Assembly: GCF_009914755.1 (NCBI RefSeq) | Contig: NC_060929.1 | DNA from: the human T2T-CHM13v2.0 reference genome, Homo sapiens | DNA length: 64,000 bases | Strand: one strand, 5' to 3' | Shown here: one piece after another, positions 41,189 through 59,120 of the stretch | Layout of the letters: each line of letters opens with the position of its first letter | Numbering within the stretch: position 1 is the first letter of the stretch | Notes under the pieces: model-generated | Databases searched by the model: none | The model's input: only the letters and a program-made list of their open reading frames with translations | What the model was told of the DNA's origin: nothing | Translations under genes and position numbers: made by a program

Positions 41189-41362
41189 ATTGATATGTTT
41201 ATACTTGGATACTCCCTTGAAGTAAAGATAAAAGTGTTCAGACTGTTCAAGTTTAACTCCAGAGACTTTGAAGTCTGCTACCCAGAGGAGCCTCTCAGGG
41301 ACTGGCCGGAGATCTCCCTGCTGACCGAGAACGACCGCCACTACCACATTCCAGTCTTTTAA
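41189..41362 (+). CDS. OTULINL: OTULINL exon 8, coding part (IDMFILGY...ENDRHYHIPVF*)
   Basis: ccacag acceptor; TAA at 41360-41362; summed CDS 1071 nt = 356 aa + stop. Confidence 0.96.
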   Translation: MDMFILGYSLEVKIKVFRLFKFNSRDFEVCYPEEPLRDWPEISLLTENDRHYHIPVF

Positions 41363-41414
41363 GTCCGCTGGGGGCCGAACAGCAGTGCTCACCAGTGACG
41401 GTGGTCACAGTTGC

Positions 41415-41420
41415 AATAAA
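41415..41420 (+). terminator. proximal poly(A) signal candidate AATAAA
   Basis: canonical hexamer 53 nt after the stop codon; further candidates at 42119 (ATTAAA), 42927 and 46032 (AATAAA). Confidence 0.5.
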
Positions 41421-41876
41421 GTCTCTCTCTGAAACCAAAGCTAGCATTTCAGCATGGAAGGAATTAGGACCTTTTCTTCAGGATTACAGGTACACTGGAT
41501 GCAGCCATGCATGGATGGTTTTTCTTTATTTTTCAGTGATTTCCTCTGAAGCAGCTGCACTGATACATTTGGGAGTTGGTGGCTTGACTTTGTCCATAAG
41601 GGGCGTGGCCACTTCACATGATGGCGGGCCTTTAAGAGCACAAAGAAGTTTAATATGGACAACAACAGGAAAAAGCAAGAAGAAAACAAGTAGGGAAAAA
41701 CAGCTAACCTGGAGAGAAAGAATTTCTTTAACCTTTATGTTCTTCATTAAAAATCTTATCTTGGACTGATTTGAGGGATTTTTAGAAACATGGCCTTATT
41801 TTATATAAGCATTACCTTCCCAGGAATCTTTGTTGTATATTAATTTTTGATAACCATTTGATTAACTTTAAAATTA

Positions 41877-41965
41877 AGTATATGTGTGTATATATACATA
41901 TGTATGTTTATATACACACATGTATCTGTATAGTTTTATATATACATATATACACATAGACATAC
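41877..41965. repeat. (TA)/(TG)/(CA)-rich degenerate microsatellite in the 3' UTR region
   Basis: direct reading. Confidence 0.8.
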
Positions 41966-42166
41966 AGAGAACCACTACTTTGTAATAGTGTACAGTTTGT
42001 TTTATATCTCTTTACTTTTTTTGTTACTATTTTATCTGGCCAGCGTAATAGTTTTATTTAGATTTTTTAAAATTCTGTAGATTAAAGCAAATGACAGTTA
42101 TTGAACTATCACAAAACTATTAAACTGTGGTACATTTAATGTGTATTTAATGTGTGGAATCTCATT

Positions 42167-42692
42167 ATGGTAGGCAGAATAATGCCCTATGCTCCCCAAA
42201 GATGTCTGTGTCTGAATCCTCAGAGCCGTAAAGGGCTAAATGGGTTAAATGGGAAAGGAGAATTAAGGTTGCAGGTGGAACTGAGATGCTAATCCAATGA
42301 TGCTGAAATAGGGAGATTTTTCTAGATTCTCCAGGTGGACGCAGTGTAATCAGAATGGTTCTTAAAAGTGGAAGAGGGAATTGGAAGAGTGTCAGAGTCA
42401 GAGGGGAATGTGAAATATGGAAGAACGGTTAGAGAGAGATGCACCATTGCTGGCTTTGAAGATGGAGGAAGGGGCCATAAGCCAGGGAGTTGCAGGCAGC
42501 CTGTAGAATTGAGACTGGAAAGGAAACAGAAACTTCCCCATAGCCTCCAGAAGGAACGCAGCCCTGCCAACACCTTGATTTTAGCCCAGTGAAGCCTGTG
42601 TTGGACCTCTAATCTGCAGAACTGTAAGATAATAGATTTGTGTTTAAGCCACTAAGTTTGTGGTAATGTGTTGTAGCAACAGAAAACTAGTA
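42167..42692 (+). mobile_element. MaLR LTR (MLT1D/E-like)
   Basis: ggtaggcagaataatgccc...gaactgtaagataata...aagccactaagtttgtggtaat. Confidence 0.75.
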
Positions 42693-43975
42693 TTCTCAGG
42701 CTAGTTTTTGGTCGTCTTTATTTTGGAAATACTTTTCTAGTTTAATTTGATAGTTTTTTTTTTGGAGGTACTTTGCTAGTCTGTTTTGAGTTTCAGTACA
42801 TAAGAATAATTTTTAAAATCTTGCTAATTATATATTACTTCAAAGTCACAAATCCCTTTCTAAGAATGACTTACTTCACGAGATATTTAGCACTATCATT
42901 TTCCCAGATGTTCATATTATTTCTGCAATAAATTAAAAGGGAGTGTGTCAAATGCTGTCATGTCTGAAATTAGCATTCATATTCTTTTGCAATGGGGATG
43001 ATCAGTCGTGTGTACTACATGAACCATGTCTGATGGTAGCTTGTTCCCACTGTCATTTTGTTTTCTGGTTGAAGATTAATGAGCTCAGCCACACAAACAA
43101 GAGTTCTTCATTGACCTCTACAGTCCCTGCCTGTTTGGAAACATCTATGGTTTTGTATAACCCCTGTCATTTAACTGACAGTGTTAGAAGATATCCCCCT
43201 GATGTGTTACTGTAACCAAGAAAGCATGAACGTTACCCTTTCTGGTGACAGCCTGCCATGGGCTGCTGTGGCTGATACTTATAGAATTGTTGCTCCAAAA
43301 TTTTGGCTCCACTTGAGCTGTCCAGAAGTGTACCTGACATTTGTGTATTACCACTCACCTTGGATCTCCTTACTAGTGTAATTATTTCCACATCAATCCA
43401 GGACTGAAAGGAAAAATTTTTTCACCAGGATTGGCAGCCTGTAGCTCTGTGACCTCAGTCAACCCATCATGTTGTGTTGTGGGCGGGGGGCAAGAATTCT
43501 TTAGAGAACCAAGTTGCGAGAAAGATTTCAATCCAGTGAAAGTAAAAAGTAAGAAGACATTTAGATAGTTGCTATATTTTGGGAAGATGTCAAAACAGGT
43601 TTTTAGGGAGGAGGTATGAGGTGTTGTGTTGTTTTGTTTGTTTTTATTCAGTTGTATAATGAATATAACAAATTAAGTAGCCAGAAGGAGCTGCATGTAA
43701 ATTAGCACCACTTTTAAATGTCAACAATAAATTTGAGGTGAGCTTCCTGGGTGATGCCAACATTTAAATGTCTTTCTAACCGTATATGTTTTAAATGGTG
43801 AGAGAACTATAGCAAAAATGGAAACATAATGCCCTCGTCGTTTTTTGATTTTAGGATAAGTTTCTCTCTCAAATTTTGGCCTTACGTGTCCATACTGAGG
43901 GGTTGTATGCATATTAGTACAAGGCTGACTTTTACTGTGGTAAAATACACATAACATATAGTTTATATTTTAACA

Positions 43976-44268
<293 letters not shown>

Positions 44269-47200
44269 CTAACAATTTTTAAGTGACAGTGACATTAAGC
44301 ATATTCACATTGTTGTGCAACCCTCACCACCATCCACCCTCAGAACTTTTTAAAATCTCCAAGACTGACTTTTTTTCAAAGCAGGCAACTTTAATTCCCT
44401 ACCTGGTATCTGGATTCCTTTTCCTTTTCATGCTATCTTTTCATCATACCTCTTCTAATCTGAGTATTTCCTCTGGGCTTAAAAGAGCCTCAGTGGAGAA
44501 GTACAACCTAAGAGGGAGTTAGGTACAACCTAGGAGGGAGTCAGGAGGAGAGAGTTAGGTTAGTTAGTACAACCTAAGAGGGAGTTAAATGGATCAGGAA
44601 AATCGTGTTTTATCTCCAAAGTAAAATGATAACTATGGGTGGCTTCTGGGCTCAATTTAGAATATTATCATTGAAAAGTCCCCAAGAAACTATTAATTCA
44701 GAGCCACCCTGGTGAGTTGAATTTCTTGAATGTCTTCATGGTCTTGAACCAAAGTCATTTCCACCCAAGGGAGAGTCAGGTGAAAGTCCCCAGGGCCCTC
44801 TCTAGGGGACCGGAGACCTCCAGACTAAGCTGGTGGAGGATGGGCTCAACCTCCATGAGAGAAGAGCAGCCAGGATCAGGGGGCATTAACGTTAATTTTC
44901 CCAGGACTTTTCTGCAAATGGGTATTGGATGGAAATATTTGTTCTCAGTCAGATGAGTTTCTCCTATTTTAGTGAGACCAAAGAAAGACAATTTTAATTC
45001 TGTCCAAGCTGACTTTTTTGAATGCTCTGGAAATGTTGGAATTCCACATCAAAGTACGTAACTGTTTTAAACTGATAACTAACCCAATATGTGAAAATAT
45101 ATGCAAGCATGAATAAAGGGTTGACTAATTCCAGAATTAGCAATAATTTTCTCTTAAATAGCAAATTTCTAAAGCTGTATGATTCTCTTTGCAAGAATGT
45201 TTTTCACACTGCTTAATAAGACCAGTTAATGTGTAAAACAGAAAAAAGTATATATATATATCATATGTCTTTTCATGCATCTGAAACTTTAACTGTCTAT
45301 AGGGTTGCTTGTCATAGTTGAACATTATTTAATTAACTTATTGACTATATATGGGTATACTTTTCTCTATAGCCATTCACTTTTTTAAAGTTTTAATTAT
45401 TTAATTGACAAATTAGCTATTCATTTTCCTTCAAATCCTGTTTTTATCACAATGTCCATTTTACAGCTAGACACAAAATTTAGTGGGTCCAAATTGTTCA
45501 ATCACTTCTATGTTATTTGTTCAGAATAGTGGATCTTTGCTTAATTCACTTCTGTTTTAATCCCATCATATTCCTTTAGGCCAAGAAAAGGAAAGCTGAT
45601 TTGGATTATATTTATGCTTAATATCAACATGGTTTATAAGTGGACAGAAAAACACTCACTCACGTATTCAGCCACGTATGGTCTGGAGTGCTCTGTAGAA
45701 CAGCCCGAAGTGTACACCATGTCTCTGCACTTGAAGCTCATGGAATGTGTTGGAGGAGACTCAAGCTCCATGTGGGAACAGTGTGGCCCAAGAGCCAGCA
45801 TGGAGGAGGGCTGTGTGAGCAGACTGCTATAGAATGCTAAAGTTATAATCCTAGCTGGTGTCTCGTTCTGTTTAAAAAAATCAAATTTCTGTATGTAATT
45901 GACGTATTGGTCCTTATAGTCAGTACCATCAGGTCTTAGATTGTTAAGTCATTTTGCTGCCACCAGACCAGTGAGAGTCACTCACTTATTTGTAATGATT
46001 CTTGGGAAGTTTAGTCAAGAGAATATCCTTGAATAAAGAAGTACATGTTTTAAGTATTTTCATCGTAGTCTAGATGGGCTGTAAAACCCATTTCCACACG
46101 AGTATAAATTTAAAACAGAAACATCAAGGTGTCAGCAATCATGATTTTGTTTTGCTTGTTCACAAGTTTGAAAAGGTGCATGAGGCACCAATCAGTGACA
46201 CTGGAATGCTTTAAGGATGGTTTGTGACTTTACCCCATTGTGCCTTATCATTTGTCAGCAAACTTACTGGGCCAAACACAAATGGCTGAGACACTCCTGG
46301 CCCATTTCTTGTCATCGCTGCCATCCCCAAAGACAGACTCTGGGAAACAACTTGGGAACTGCTTCAAGTCCATGCCAGGTCATGGCTTCGTCCGCCTCCC
46401 AGCATGTACCTGGACTTCCTTTGGGTGCCGGCTTTTCTGCTGGACTAAGAGATTCATGGAAAGAACCCCAGGGCAAGGTGAGGAGAAGCAGCTGGTACAG
46501 ACTGATGACGAAGGAGAGGACCAGAAAAGCTGCTTGGGTGTGGTGGAAGTTTCAGTGTAATGTGATTCCTAGTAGGCACATCTGTGACTCCCTTAAATAA
46601 AAAGGGCCAGAGATGAGGGGACGCCTGGTGAAAATGGTGTTTGTTGTAACATCTTGGTATCATTGTGGGTAAGTAGAACAAATATTTACATCTGTTATGA
46701 AAAGCTACCTTTAGCCGTAGATAAACATTAAAAGGAAGACTCAGCCCCAGAGTATATTTGATCTATTGGTTAACTCATCTGTCAGCAAATGGTTAAGTAA
46801 GTAAAATTAATTTTTCCATTTGGTGTGTATTTCACAGGGTAACAATGAAGTGCTCCAATCTGCTTGTGAGACCAGTTAGATTAGTAGTTGCAGTTGAGAC
46901 CATTCCTCCTGTATGTCTTTACAAGCAAATTGAAACGACATGCTCTTCTTTGTACTATACAGAAGGACACACCACAGATCCTCTTTTTAAAGCAGGTAAT
47001 AAAGTAGCTTTTTCCTTTTGAAACATCATTGTAAAACAGTGCTTTTTAAACTATCCATGGTAAAGGATGAGTTTTAAAAATTCTAATCCTTTGCAGGTTG
47101 GTAGTTTTATAAATACGATAAAAATATAGCACCAAGATTAGATTGTTATAAAAGTTTCTAAACACTTTCAGTTTCTGTACTTAATCTTGCAGTGTGGTAA

Positions 47201-48168
47201 TAAAGACTTCTACACTTTAGTAGCACTAAAATACGAGTTTCAGGCAAGATTCAACAGATTCTGTTATTTGGTGGCTGAGATTTTGCCTAGAGCAGGAGGG
47301 CAGTGATTTTGGGTTTTCGCTATTATTGTTGGAACTAGGGCCACCATATGGGCTTCTGCACACGCATCTTGCTTAGTGGTCCTCGACTGAGGAGAGGTGA
47401 ATGAAGCTGAGATCTTCTCTCCAAGCCATGGAGGGCTTGAGGTATCAACTGCCCCAAGGGAAGGATTGTCTTTTTCTACCAATAAGGCTCAGCCTACTGG
47501 CCAAGCCCTGCGCCAGTGGGGATGCCTTTTCCTGATTTTCATAAAGGGCTGTATTGGCAGGAGGTCCCTGGATCAGCCAGATAGTCCCACTGCCGAGGTG
47601 CACATTGCAGGAAGAGGATACTGTTTTGAGAAGACATTCATGGATTACTCCAGTCCCTCAGAAAAAATCGGCAAGAACCTACCTGAGTTCACATTTCTTT
47701 GTGCTTCAGAAAAAGCATCACATTTTATTTCTTTACTGGATTTCAAGTTCCTTGTGGGAACGGATGTGGGTATCATATCATTATGACCAGAACATTGCTC
47801 GTATAAATGTCAGAGGAATTCCAAATTGCAAGTTGATGATGAGAGCCAAGCTCAGCTGTTATTTCTCAAAGAGGCAAAGAATCTAACTGTGATTATGTTC
47901 CCTGGAAATTTCTTTTTATTGATCCAGGAATTTTTAGATGTAGTCAGGGGACAGAAGCATATGCTGACATATTCATCAAGTCAGGGTGGCCTATAGAATG
48001 GACACGAGTCAAACCAAGTTTTGCTAACAATGTATCCCTAGTGAGGTTGAAATTAACCAGGGCCATCAAGTTCACCTAGAAACAGGTTGTTGGACTGATA
48101 TGCCTGTGAAAGAATGTTATTTAGTGGGATCACAGATCCTAAGAATGGAGAACCTTGAGATGTCCTGG

Positions 48169-48479
48169 GGCCTGGGTGTGGTGGCTCACACTTGTAATCC
48201 CAGCACACTGGGAGGCCGAGGCGGGCAGATCACTTGAGGTGAGGTGTTTGAAACCAGCCTGGCCAACATGGTGAAACCTCATCTCTACTAAAAATACAGA
48301 AAATTAGCCGGGCATGGTGGCAGGTGCTTGTAATCACAGCTACTTGGGAGGCTGAGGCAGAAGAATTGCTTGACCCCAGAGGCGAAGGTTGCAGTGAGCT
48401 GCGATTACGCCACTGCACTCCAGCCTGCCAACAGAGTGAGACTCCGTCTCAATTGAAGAAAAAAAAAAAAAAAAAAAAA
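48169..48479 (+). mobile_element. AluS
   Basis: TSD agatgtcctggg. Confidence 0.9.
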
Positions 48480-49114
48480 GATGTCCTGGGAATGCACACA
48501 CCGTGTTCCACTGCCTGTGGAAGAGGCCTCACCCTGACCTGCCAGCTGCCCTTTCTGGGCTCAGTGGAGCCTCCATGCAGATTCCAGGTTGGAGGCGCAA
48601 TGTACAGTTGAGCTGGTGTGGCAAATAGGAAGCAAGAGCAGAGACATGGGTGGCCTGGATTAGCAGAGCCATGGCAGGGACACTCAAGTCCATTCAAATA
48701 ATTATCATATTGGAAACACAGGCACGCGGCCAACATGCACAACTGAAACCAGAAAAAATTGAGGGCCTAGGGGCATACCACTAACAGAGAGGAAACTTCC
48801 TTTTGATGCCAAGTGGGATTGGAGGGAGTTCTTAAACAGCAGGAGGCATTGGATGGTCTCTTCTCCACCAAACTCTGTATTAACCTGGACATATCCAGGT
48901 TGTTGGTTTCCTAACAGTTTTGACACTCTCTAAAAGACAAACAGCTTGCTTGGCATTTGCAGGCCTCAAGTATGGTGTGGCTGAAGAGGAGGCCCAGGTT
49001 AAATGTCTGCACTAAGAAGAGCTTTGAGCAAATTCATGAATTCCAATTCTGTGTGTATTTTTATTGTGAATGACAAATGTTTATGAGCTTAAGTTTGTTT
49101 TATTAATGTAATTA

Positions 49115-49717
<603 letters not shown>

Positions 49718-52329
49718 CTAATATTCTTTGGGTTCTGTTGAAGCACTTTAGGTTGTGAGGGTAGAAAACTTCTTAAGTGAGTTGGATAGGGAGAATCCCA
49801 CACACCGCCAGGGCAGGAAGTATAGCCAGTCCTCACTGGAAGTTGCCTGAAACCTGTAAAGTCAAGAATTAAGGTTACCAGCTGCATTTCTGCTGATCCA
49901 TGAGGTCTCACATCTCAAGATTGCTATGCCTTATGCTGTACATTTATCTCTTCTTCCTCCTCACTTTGTGTTTCTTTGTCTTTCTCTGTCTTTCTCTACC
50001 TCTGTCCCCACTCCTCATCCCTGGAATGTGAAGTTGCTCCTACTACTGAGCAGAACTGCACCTTAGTTCACTAGTTCAGATTCCTGAGAAGCAAAATCTG
50101 ATTGGCTAAGATTCTATGGCACTATGGCCCTTGCACTACCTGCCCATCTCTAGACAATCGTCTGTAGCCACAGTGTGGGGAAAGGGAGCCCCCAGAGCAG
50201 AACCACAGTTTCTGGAAAATGCCCGAGCAGGACCACATCTGAAACCATATCTAATACATGTTAGGCTTCTCACCTTTCCCCTTTCATGATGGCAGATGAA
50301 GCCTGTTCAGATCAGTGCATAACTAAAATTGGCAGTTATCCAACTAGAATCCTCATTCATAAAAATCTTAATCAGTTCATTTGAGAGGAACAAAGACAAC
50401 TGCTTGGTGACACAAATCTTAGGGTAGCAGTCATGCCAGGTTGCTCGTATGAAGTAGTAGAAGATAGAACAAAAAGTTACAGATACCCAGAATAATTCCC
50501 TTCATGGGCAGGTTTGTTGTTTTTGGTTTGTTTAAATAGCTGAAAACATACTCGTTCCTGTGCTGTTTTTAAAATTCAGAAAAAAAAGCTCTGTGAGCAT
50601 TACTCCAGTATTTTGATGGAAATGGTTTACAGTTCCTTTTGTCCTCTAAACCTGAAACTAGGTACATTTTCAGCCCCACTTTTAGCGGCAGCTGGTTAGC
50701 TCTGTTTGCAAAGCATTCTGGCTCCAGTACCTGAACTTAATGGTGCAGATGCTGGATCTGTCATTGTTAGCTTCCTTTGAGTTCCATGATGACTTCCTTA
50801 ATTTGTTGTTCTCTTTGTGCCATGAGTAGTAAATTCTTACCGGCAGTGAGAAATTAGCTCCTCCGCTCTTAAGCATAAGCACGAAGGTCAAATCTCATGG
50901 TCTGAAGCTACATGCACAGAATTCCCAGCAGCTCTATCATGGCTAGTTTTATGTTTACTGTAATGAAATATTTCCCCCCAATCCTATTATGACTTCTACA
51001 GGATACTATATTTGTTAAGGTACATCCTGGGGCCAGGGAACAGAACAGAGTGCCCAGACCCTTAAAAAGGTAAACCTGGTGGCTGTTCTTACTAGTCAGA
51101 GTTGCATTTGTGGCTTTCTAGACATTGAAGTAAATAAAAACAAGAAATCTTAGTAGGGCTTCATAGTGAATATCAGAAAAGGTAGTTTGGTATTATAAAT
51201 GGATAATGCTACAAAATATATTTCTGGATCAATGTGTGTTGGAGACATTAAATTTATCTACATTCCAAAGGTTAACAATGGCACTAAACCAAGCCAAGGG
51301 GAGAGTTCTAGTTTTTTTGTTTTACTTTGTTTTAAAAATAAATTCAGAAAAGAGAAAATATTTCTTACAAGCTAATGATCAGCAATACCTAGTGGAACGA
51401 GTAATGTTGAACAATGCTATGGAAAGACAGTATCAAAAGCAGACGGACTTGCAGTTTCATTCTAATAACCTCAGTCTCCACATTAAATAACTGTGGGAAG
51501 GAGCAAGTACCTTATAGGACAGATACTGTTGGTGCTGTACCCATAGTTACTCTAGCTCAGGAAAAAGGAAGTAAATAAATATGGTGAAGTAATTTCAAAT
51601 GGTTCCAAAGCCATTTCCTTACCTTACTCCTAAACTATCTGTAGATAATTGGACTTTCAAAGTCAGTTATTGTGTTAAACAAGGGGCAGTGATGAAAAAC
51701 TGTAACCAGACATTTTCAGATGGATGAAACAAAGTAGGCATTTTCAAATATGAACTGGAAAGGGACCTCTCCACATAATGCACTTAAAGAGGTTTATAAA
51801 GTCCCAGAATGTAAGCAAAGACACATAATGATGAGGGACAACCTCTTAAAAATTCTAACAAACTGTTCATTGTTTCCCACAGTTCCTCTGTGTAGGCTGA
51901 TGGTCCTACGGAGGTAAATAGTTAGATTAATCTGATCTTTGGTATCACTGTATCCCAACAGGGACCAGGAAGATCATCATCATCTATGTGGCAGACTAAA
52001 AGGCTGTTAAATATTTGTATATAGAGAGAATTAAGTATCATACTAAAATACAAACTTTGTGATTAATGAGTGACCCTCTGATAGCTACTTTACAGGAGCA
52101 TCCTAAACATTTCTCAGCATTCATCTCATCACACTTTCGTTCATTCTATGTAACTGCAGCCAATCTTATATTCCACAGTCCTTTACAACAACTCTTTGTT
52201 TTGAGCTTTATTATAGTGGAGGTAGACTTTTATGAGTATTTTGTCAAGAGCGAGCCAGGGAACTTCCATATTATCCTTTCAAGAGAATTGGCTTCCAAAG
52301 TGACTTTTCAAGAGAACCAGAAGGGTCAT

Positions 52330-55300
<2,971 letters not shown>

Positions 55301-58011
55301 TGAATTTGATCCAGCTGACCGGCGAGAATTTTATAATGTATTATGAAGTGAAAAAAGCAATATGCAGTTATGTATAGAGTATGATTCCATTTTGATTCAA
55401 TGTTTAGAAAGCAACAACTAAAACTTAAGCATACCTATATATCTCTGTATATATGTATGTGTGTACATATATATACATATGTACATATATACATACACAA
55501 TAGCTTGAGAATGGAGAAAGTGTAGAAGGAGAAACATTGGACTGCTAGCATTATCTATGGGTGGTGGGATAGGGAGGGGAAGGAAAAAATAAAGGAGACT
55601 GGCAAAATGGAAACATGCATGAGAAAATGTTACCCAAAAGTGTTAACTATAATATCTCTGTGACAATATGGCTAATACTAAAAATGAGTTCAGAACATAG
55701 ACCAGGAGTAGAACTTGACATGAACATGTGAAAACATTGAATTGACTTAGGATGGGGTTGTGGCTAATTTTAGTCTTATATTCTAGAACTTCAGAATAGT
55801 TTCAATAATATTTTATTAAAATTAAAACTAAAAATATGAGGTTTGAAGATACAGAAAATTATGACCCAAATTCCTTTTATGTAGTGTTTTATAGTGTTCT
55901 TTGAATCTCTTAGTTTTCTGGAGAGAAGGCAGAGACTCTTTGTGTAATAATTCTCCTAAGAGAGTGTTTCTGGCCTGTTAAAAATGCTTTAGCATTTTAG
56001 CTGCTATTGGCACACAACACTGGCTCCTATAAGTGGTCATTAAACATGGCGAGATACTCCACTGGAAGTGAGAAATGAATTGGTCAGGGCTCTTTGGTTG
56101 TAAGCAGCAGGAACTGACTTTGACTGACTGAAAAAAAAAAAATTATTGGGAAGATGAATTCAGGCAACTCCAGCAGGGAAGCAGCAACTCCAGGAATGGC
56201 CTATTGCTGGAGAATTCTGGGCAGGTTGCTGCCACTGGCATGAATGAATTCCAGTCTTCCAAATTTACAATGGCTCAGATGTCAAAGCTCTGGAAGACGG
56301 CACTGGACTCATCACATGTTCATTCTGTAGATAGGCCAGGACCTACTGGGAGGTGCTCAGGACCCCTTAGGGTTTCAGTAGCAGGAGGGCTGCTACCTGT
56401 AAGTACAGTCCCACCAAGATTGCAGAGGGGGAAAGTTATTTCCCGAAAAGAAAAATCTGAGTGTGCCCAAGATACACCTTTCTTAGTACTGCAAAGCAGA
56501 AGAGAAACCACAGAGAAAAATGTGCACAGAGCTGAGTGTCTACCTGCAGCACACGATCCAGTTGCATTCCTGAGTCTGGATCCCAAATTGAAGAAGGCAT
56601 GGCTTGCAAATGCTTTCATGCTATGAATCTGTGGGAATTGAATTTATGGTCCTAAGTCCAATGTAATAGACATATTATGGTTTGTTTTTATCTTGAAGGA
56701 AGTTGATATAGTAATTTGTGTTGATGGCTTATATATAGATAGTTTTAGGTATTAGGTAGTTTTTAAATAAATTCTCATTTCATTTTCCATCTCTCAAGTG
56801 TTACTATAGTATAAAATAATTGTTTTCTGATGTGGGCCTAAAACCAGAAAAAAAAATTAATACATTAGTAAAATTGGGAAATTTTACTAACATATAATAA
56901 ATGTTGCTGAGTGATGTGAGATGAAATGGCATGTTTAAGCCTCAGAGGAAGATATAGCAAATGGGCAAGTTGGGGGAAGTCATTAAAGGAAAGATGTGCA
57001 GACTGCTGAGATTCTGTGCACTGCAAAAGGAGAATAGCGATCTTTCAGATAGGCTTAGAGTTTAAGAAAATAATAAATTCATCACTGAAATAAAAGGTAA
57101 GGATTAAAAAATTGGTATGGAGTGGAAATGGAAAGCCTTGCTTTTTGAAACATTTGGACTCAAGATCCATCTTCCAGCCTTCCAAAATGTTAAGGGCTCC
57201 TGTTTGCACCTTCTCAGAATGATGTGCTTGCTTTCTTCAGAAAGACAAGTGTTATTTACTACTGTTTACAGCTTTTGTGATACTGAATCCCAGGACTCCC
57301 ACGGACGTGTGCTCTGACTTCTTACGCAGTGTTCTTTCTTAAGCCACAGCAAAGGAAATAATGGACATTGAGAGGTCAAGTGTGTGCCTTTCACCCTGTG
57401 CCCTTTAAATATCAATAATTATTGTTTTTCTTCCTGAAGAAGCAGCATCTGGTTGTATGGAATTTGGCAGAAGTGGGCATCCTGTGCTAGTTCTTTTGAT
57501 ATTTAAATATGAGCAAGATAGGTAAATGGCAACTAAATCTGAGCCATCTGAGGAGGAATGAGAGTAATAAAAACAACGAAACTGAACCACACGCATTGAG
57601 TTAGATGTTTGTAGATTGTCTTGTTGACCTGCCTACCCCAGTCACATGGAGGAGAATGTGAGGATCGAAGAGACTACATGATTTGACACAATTTCACTGT
57701 TCAAACACTTCTGGGACTTTTCTATACAATTTCTTGTTTTGAAGAAATACATAATTATTTTACAACAGTGTTATGTGGGGAATCCTCCTTACAGACAAAT
57801 CCTGTTATGACAAGACTGATCATATAGAAATATATGTAGGGACATGTATCTGCAATTTTGTGTTGAACTTCAACATTGGACTGAATTTAGGAAGGTGATG
57901 GATTAGATACATAGCTTGCAATTCTTTCATCATCCTTAAAAATGGGCCCATTTCCAGGCCAGATCCACAGCTATCTCGGGAATTTGCACCCATCTGAAGC
58001 ATGCTCAAGAA

Positions 58012-58638
58012 GGGCAGGTATACGAAAAGATGCTCAGCATCACCAATCATCAGGGAAATGCAAATCAAATCACTATGAAATATCACCTCATACTTATTAG
58101 GATGGCTGTTATCAAAAAGGCAAGAGATAAATGTTGGAGAAAATGCAGAGAGAAGGGACCCCTGGTACAATGGTGGTGGGAATATAGATTGATGAAGCCA
58201 CTGTGGAAAATAGTATGGAGGTTCCTAAATTAAAAATAGAACTATCATATAACCGAACAATTCCTCTTCTGGATATATACCCAAAGGAGATGAACTCACC
58301 ACCTCATAAATATATCTGCACTGTTGTGTTCATTGCAGCATTAGTTAAGTTTTCATGGTAAGAATGGCCTTCTAAAAAATAAATTTTATTGCATATATTT
58401 AAGGTGTACAACATGTTCTGAGACAAATACAGTAAAATAGTTACTACAGTCAAGCAAATTAACATATGAATCATCTCATATAGTTACCCCAACCCCATCC
58501 CCCATTTTTTCTGGCAAGAGTTCAGTTAAGTTTATATATCTGCACTGTTGTGTTCATTGCAGCATTAGTCACAATAGCCAAGATAAGGAAACAACCAAGG
58601 TGTCCATTGATAGGTGAGCAAATAAATCACACACACAG

Positions 58639-58670
<32 letters not shown>

Positions 58671-59120
58671 ATTATTCAGCCTTAAAAAAGGAAATCCTGG
58701 CATTTGCCACAACATGGATGAATCTGGAGGACATTATGCTAAGTGAAATAAGCCAGACACAGAAAAATACTGCATGATCTCATACGTGAAATCTTAAAAA
58801 ACCAGTCAAATACACAGCAAATAAAATGGCAGTTATCAGGGGTGTGGTGGAGTACAAATGGGGAGATGTAGGTCACAGGCTAAAAAGTACCAGATATGTA
58901 GGATGTACAATAGGACCGTCGTTAATAATACTGTAATTAGGATTTTTGCTTAAAGTGTAGATTTCAGGAACTCTTGCCAGAAAAAATGGGGGGGTGGGGT
59001 GGCGGGTAACTATATGAGATGATTCATATGTTAATTTGTTTGACTATAGTAACTATTTTACTATATGTATCTTAGAACATGTTGTACACCTTAAATATAC
59101 GCAATAAAATTTATTTTTTA
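58012..59120 (+). mobile_element. L1MA-type 3' end with (CA)n and an internal rearrangement
   Basis: ORF2 C-terminal remnants (gaaatgcaaatcaaa, acatggatgaatctggaggacattatgctaagtgaaataagcc); terminal aataaaa at ~59103. Confidence 0.85.

Noticed and set aside
46217-46600. Overlapping 106-127 aa + strand ORFs after the gene
   Set aside because: No homology recognised and no convincing splice or promoter context
55435-55500. Quasi-palindromic TA/TG/CA tract
   Set aside because: Ordinary degenerate dinucleotide microsatellite; self-complementarity follows from composition
57862-57906. + strand VELQHWTEF resembling OTULINL VELLKTQWTEF (shared tggactgaattta)
   Set aside because: Only a ~13-nt match with no flanking similarity; compatible with chance, not a paralogue relic
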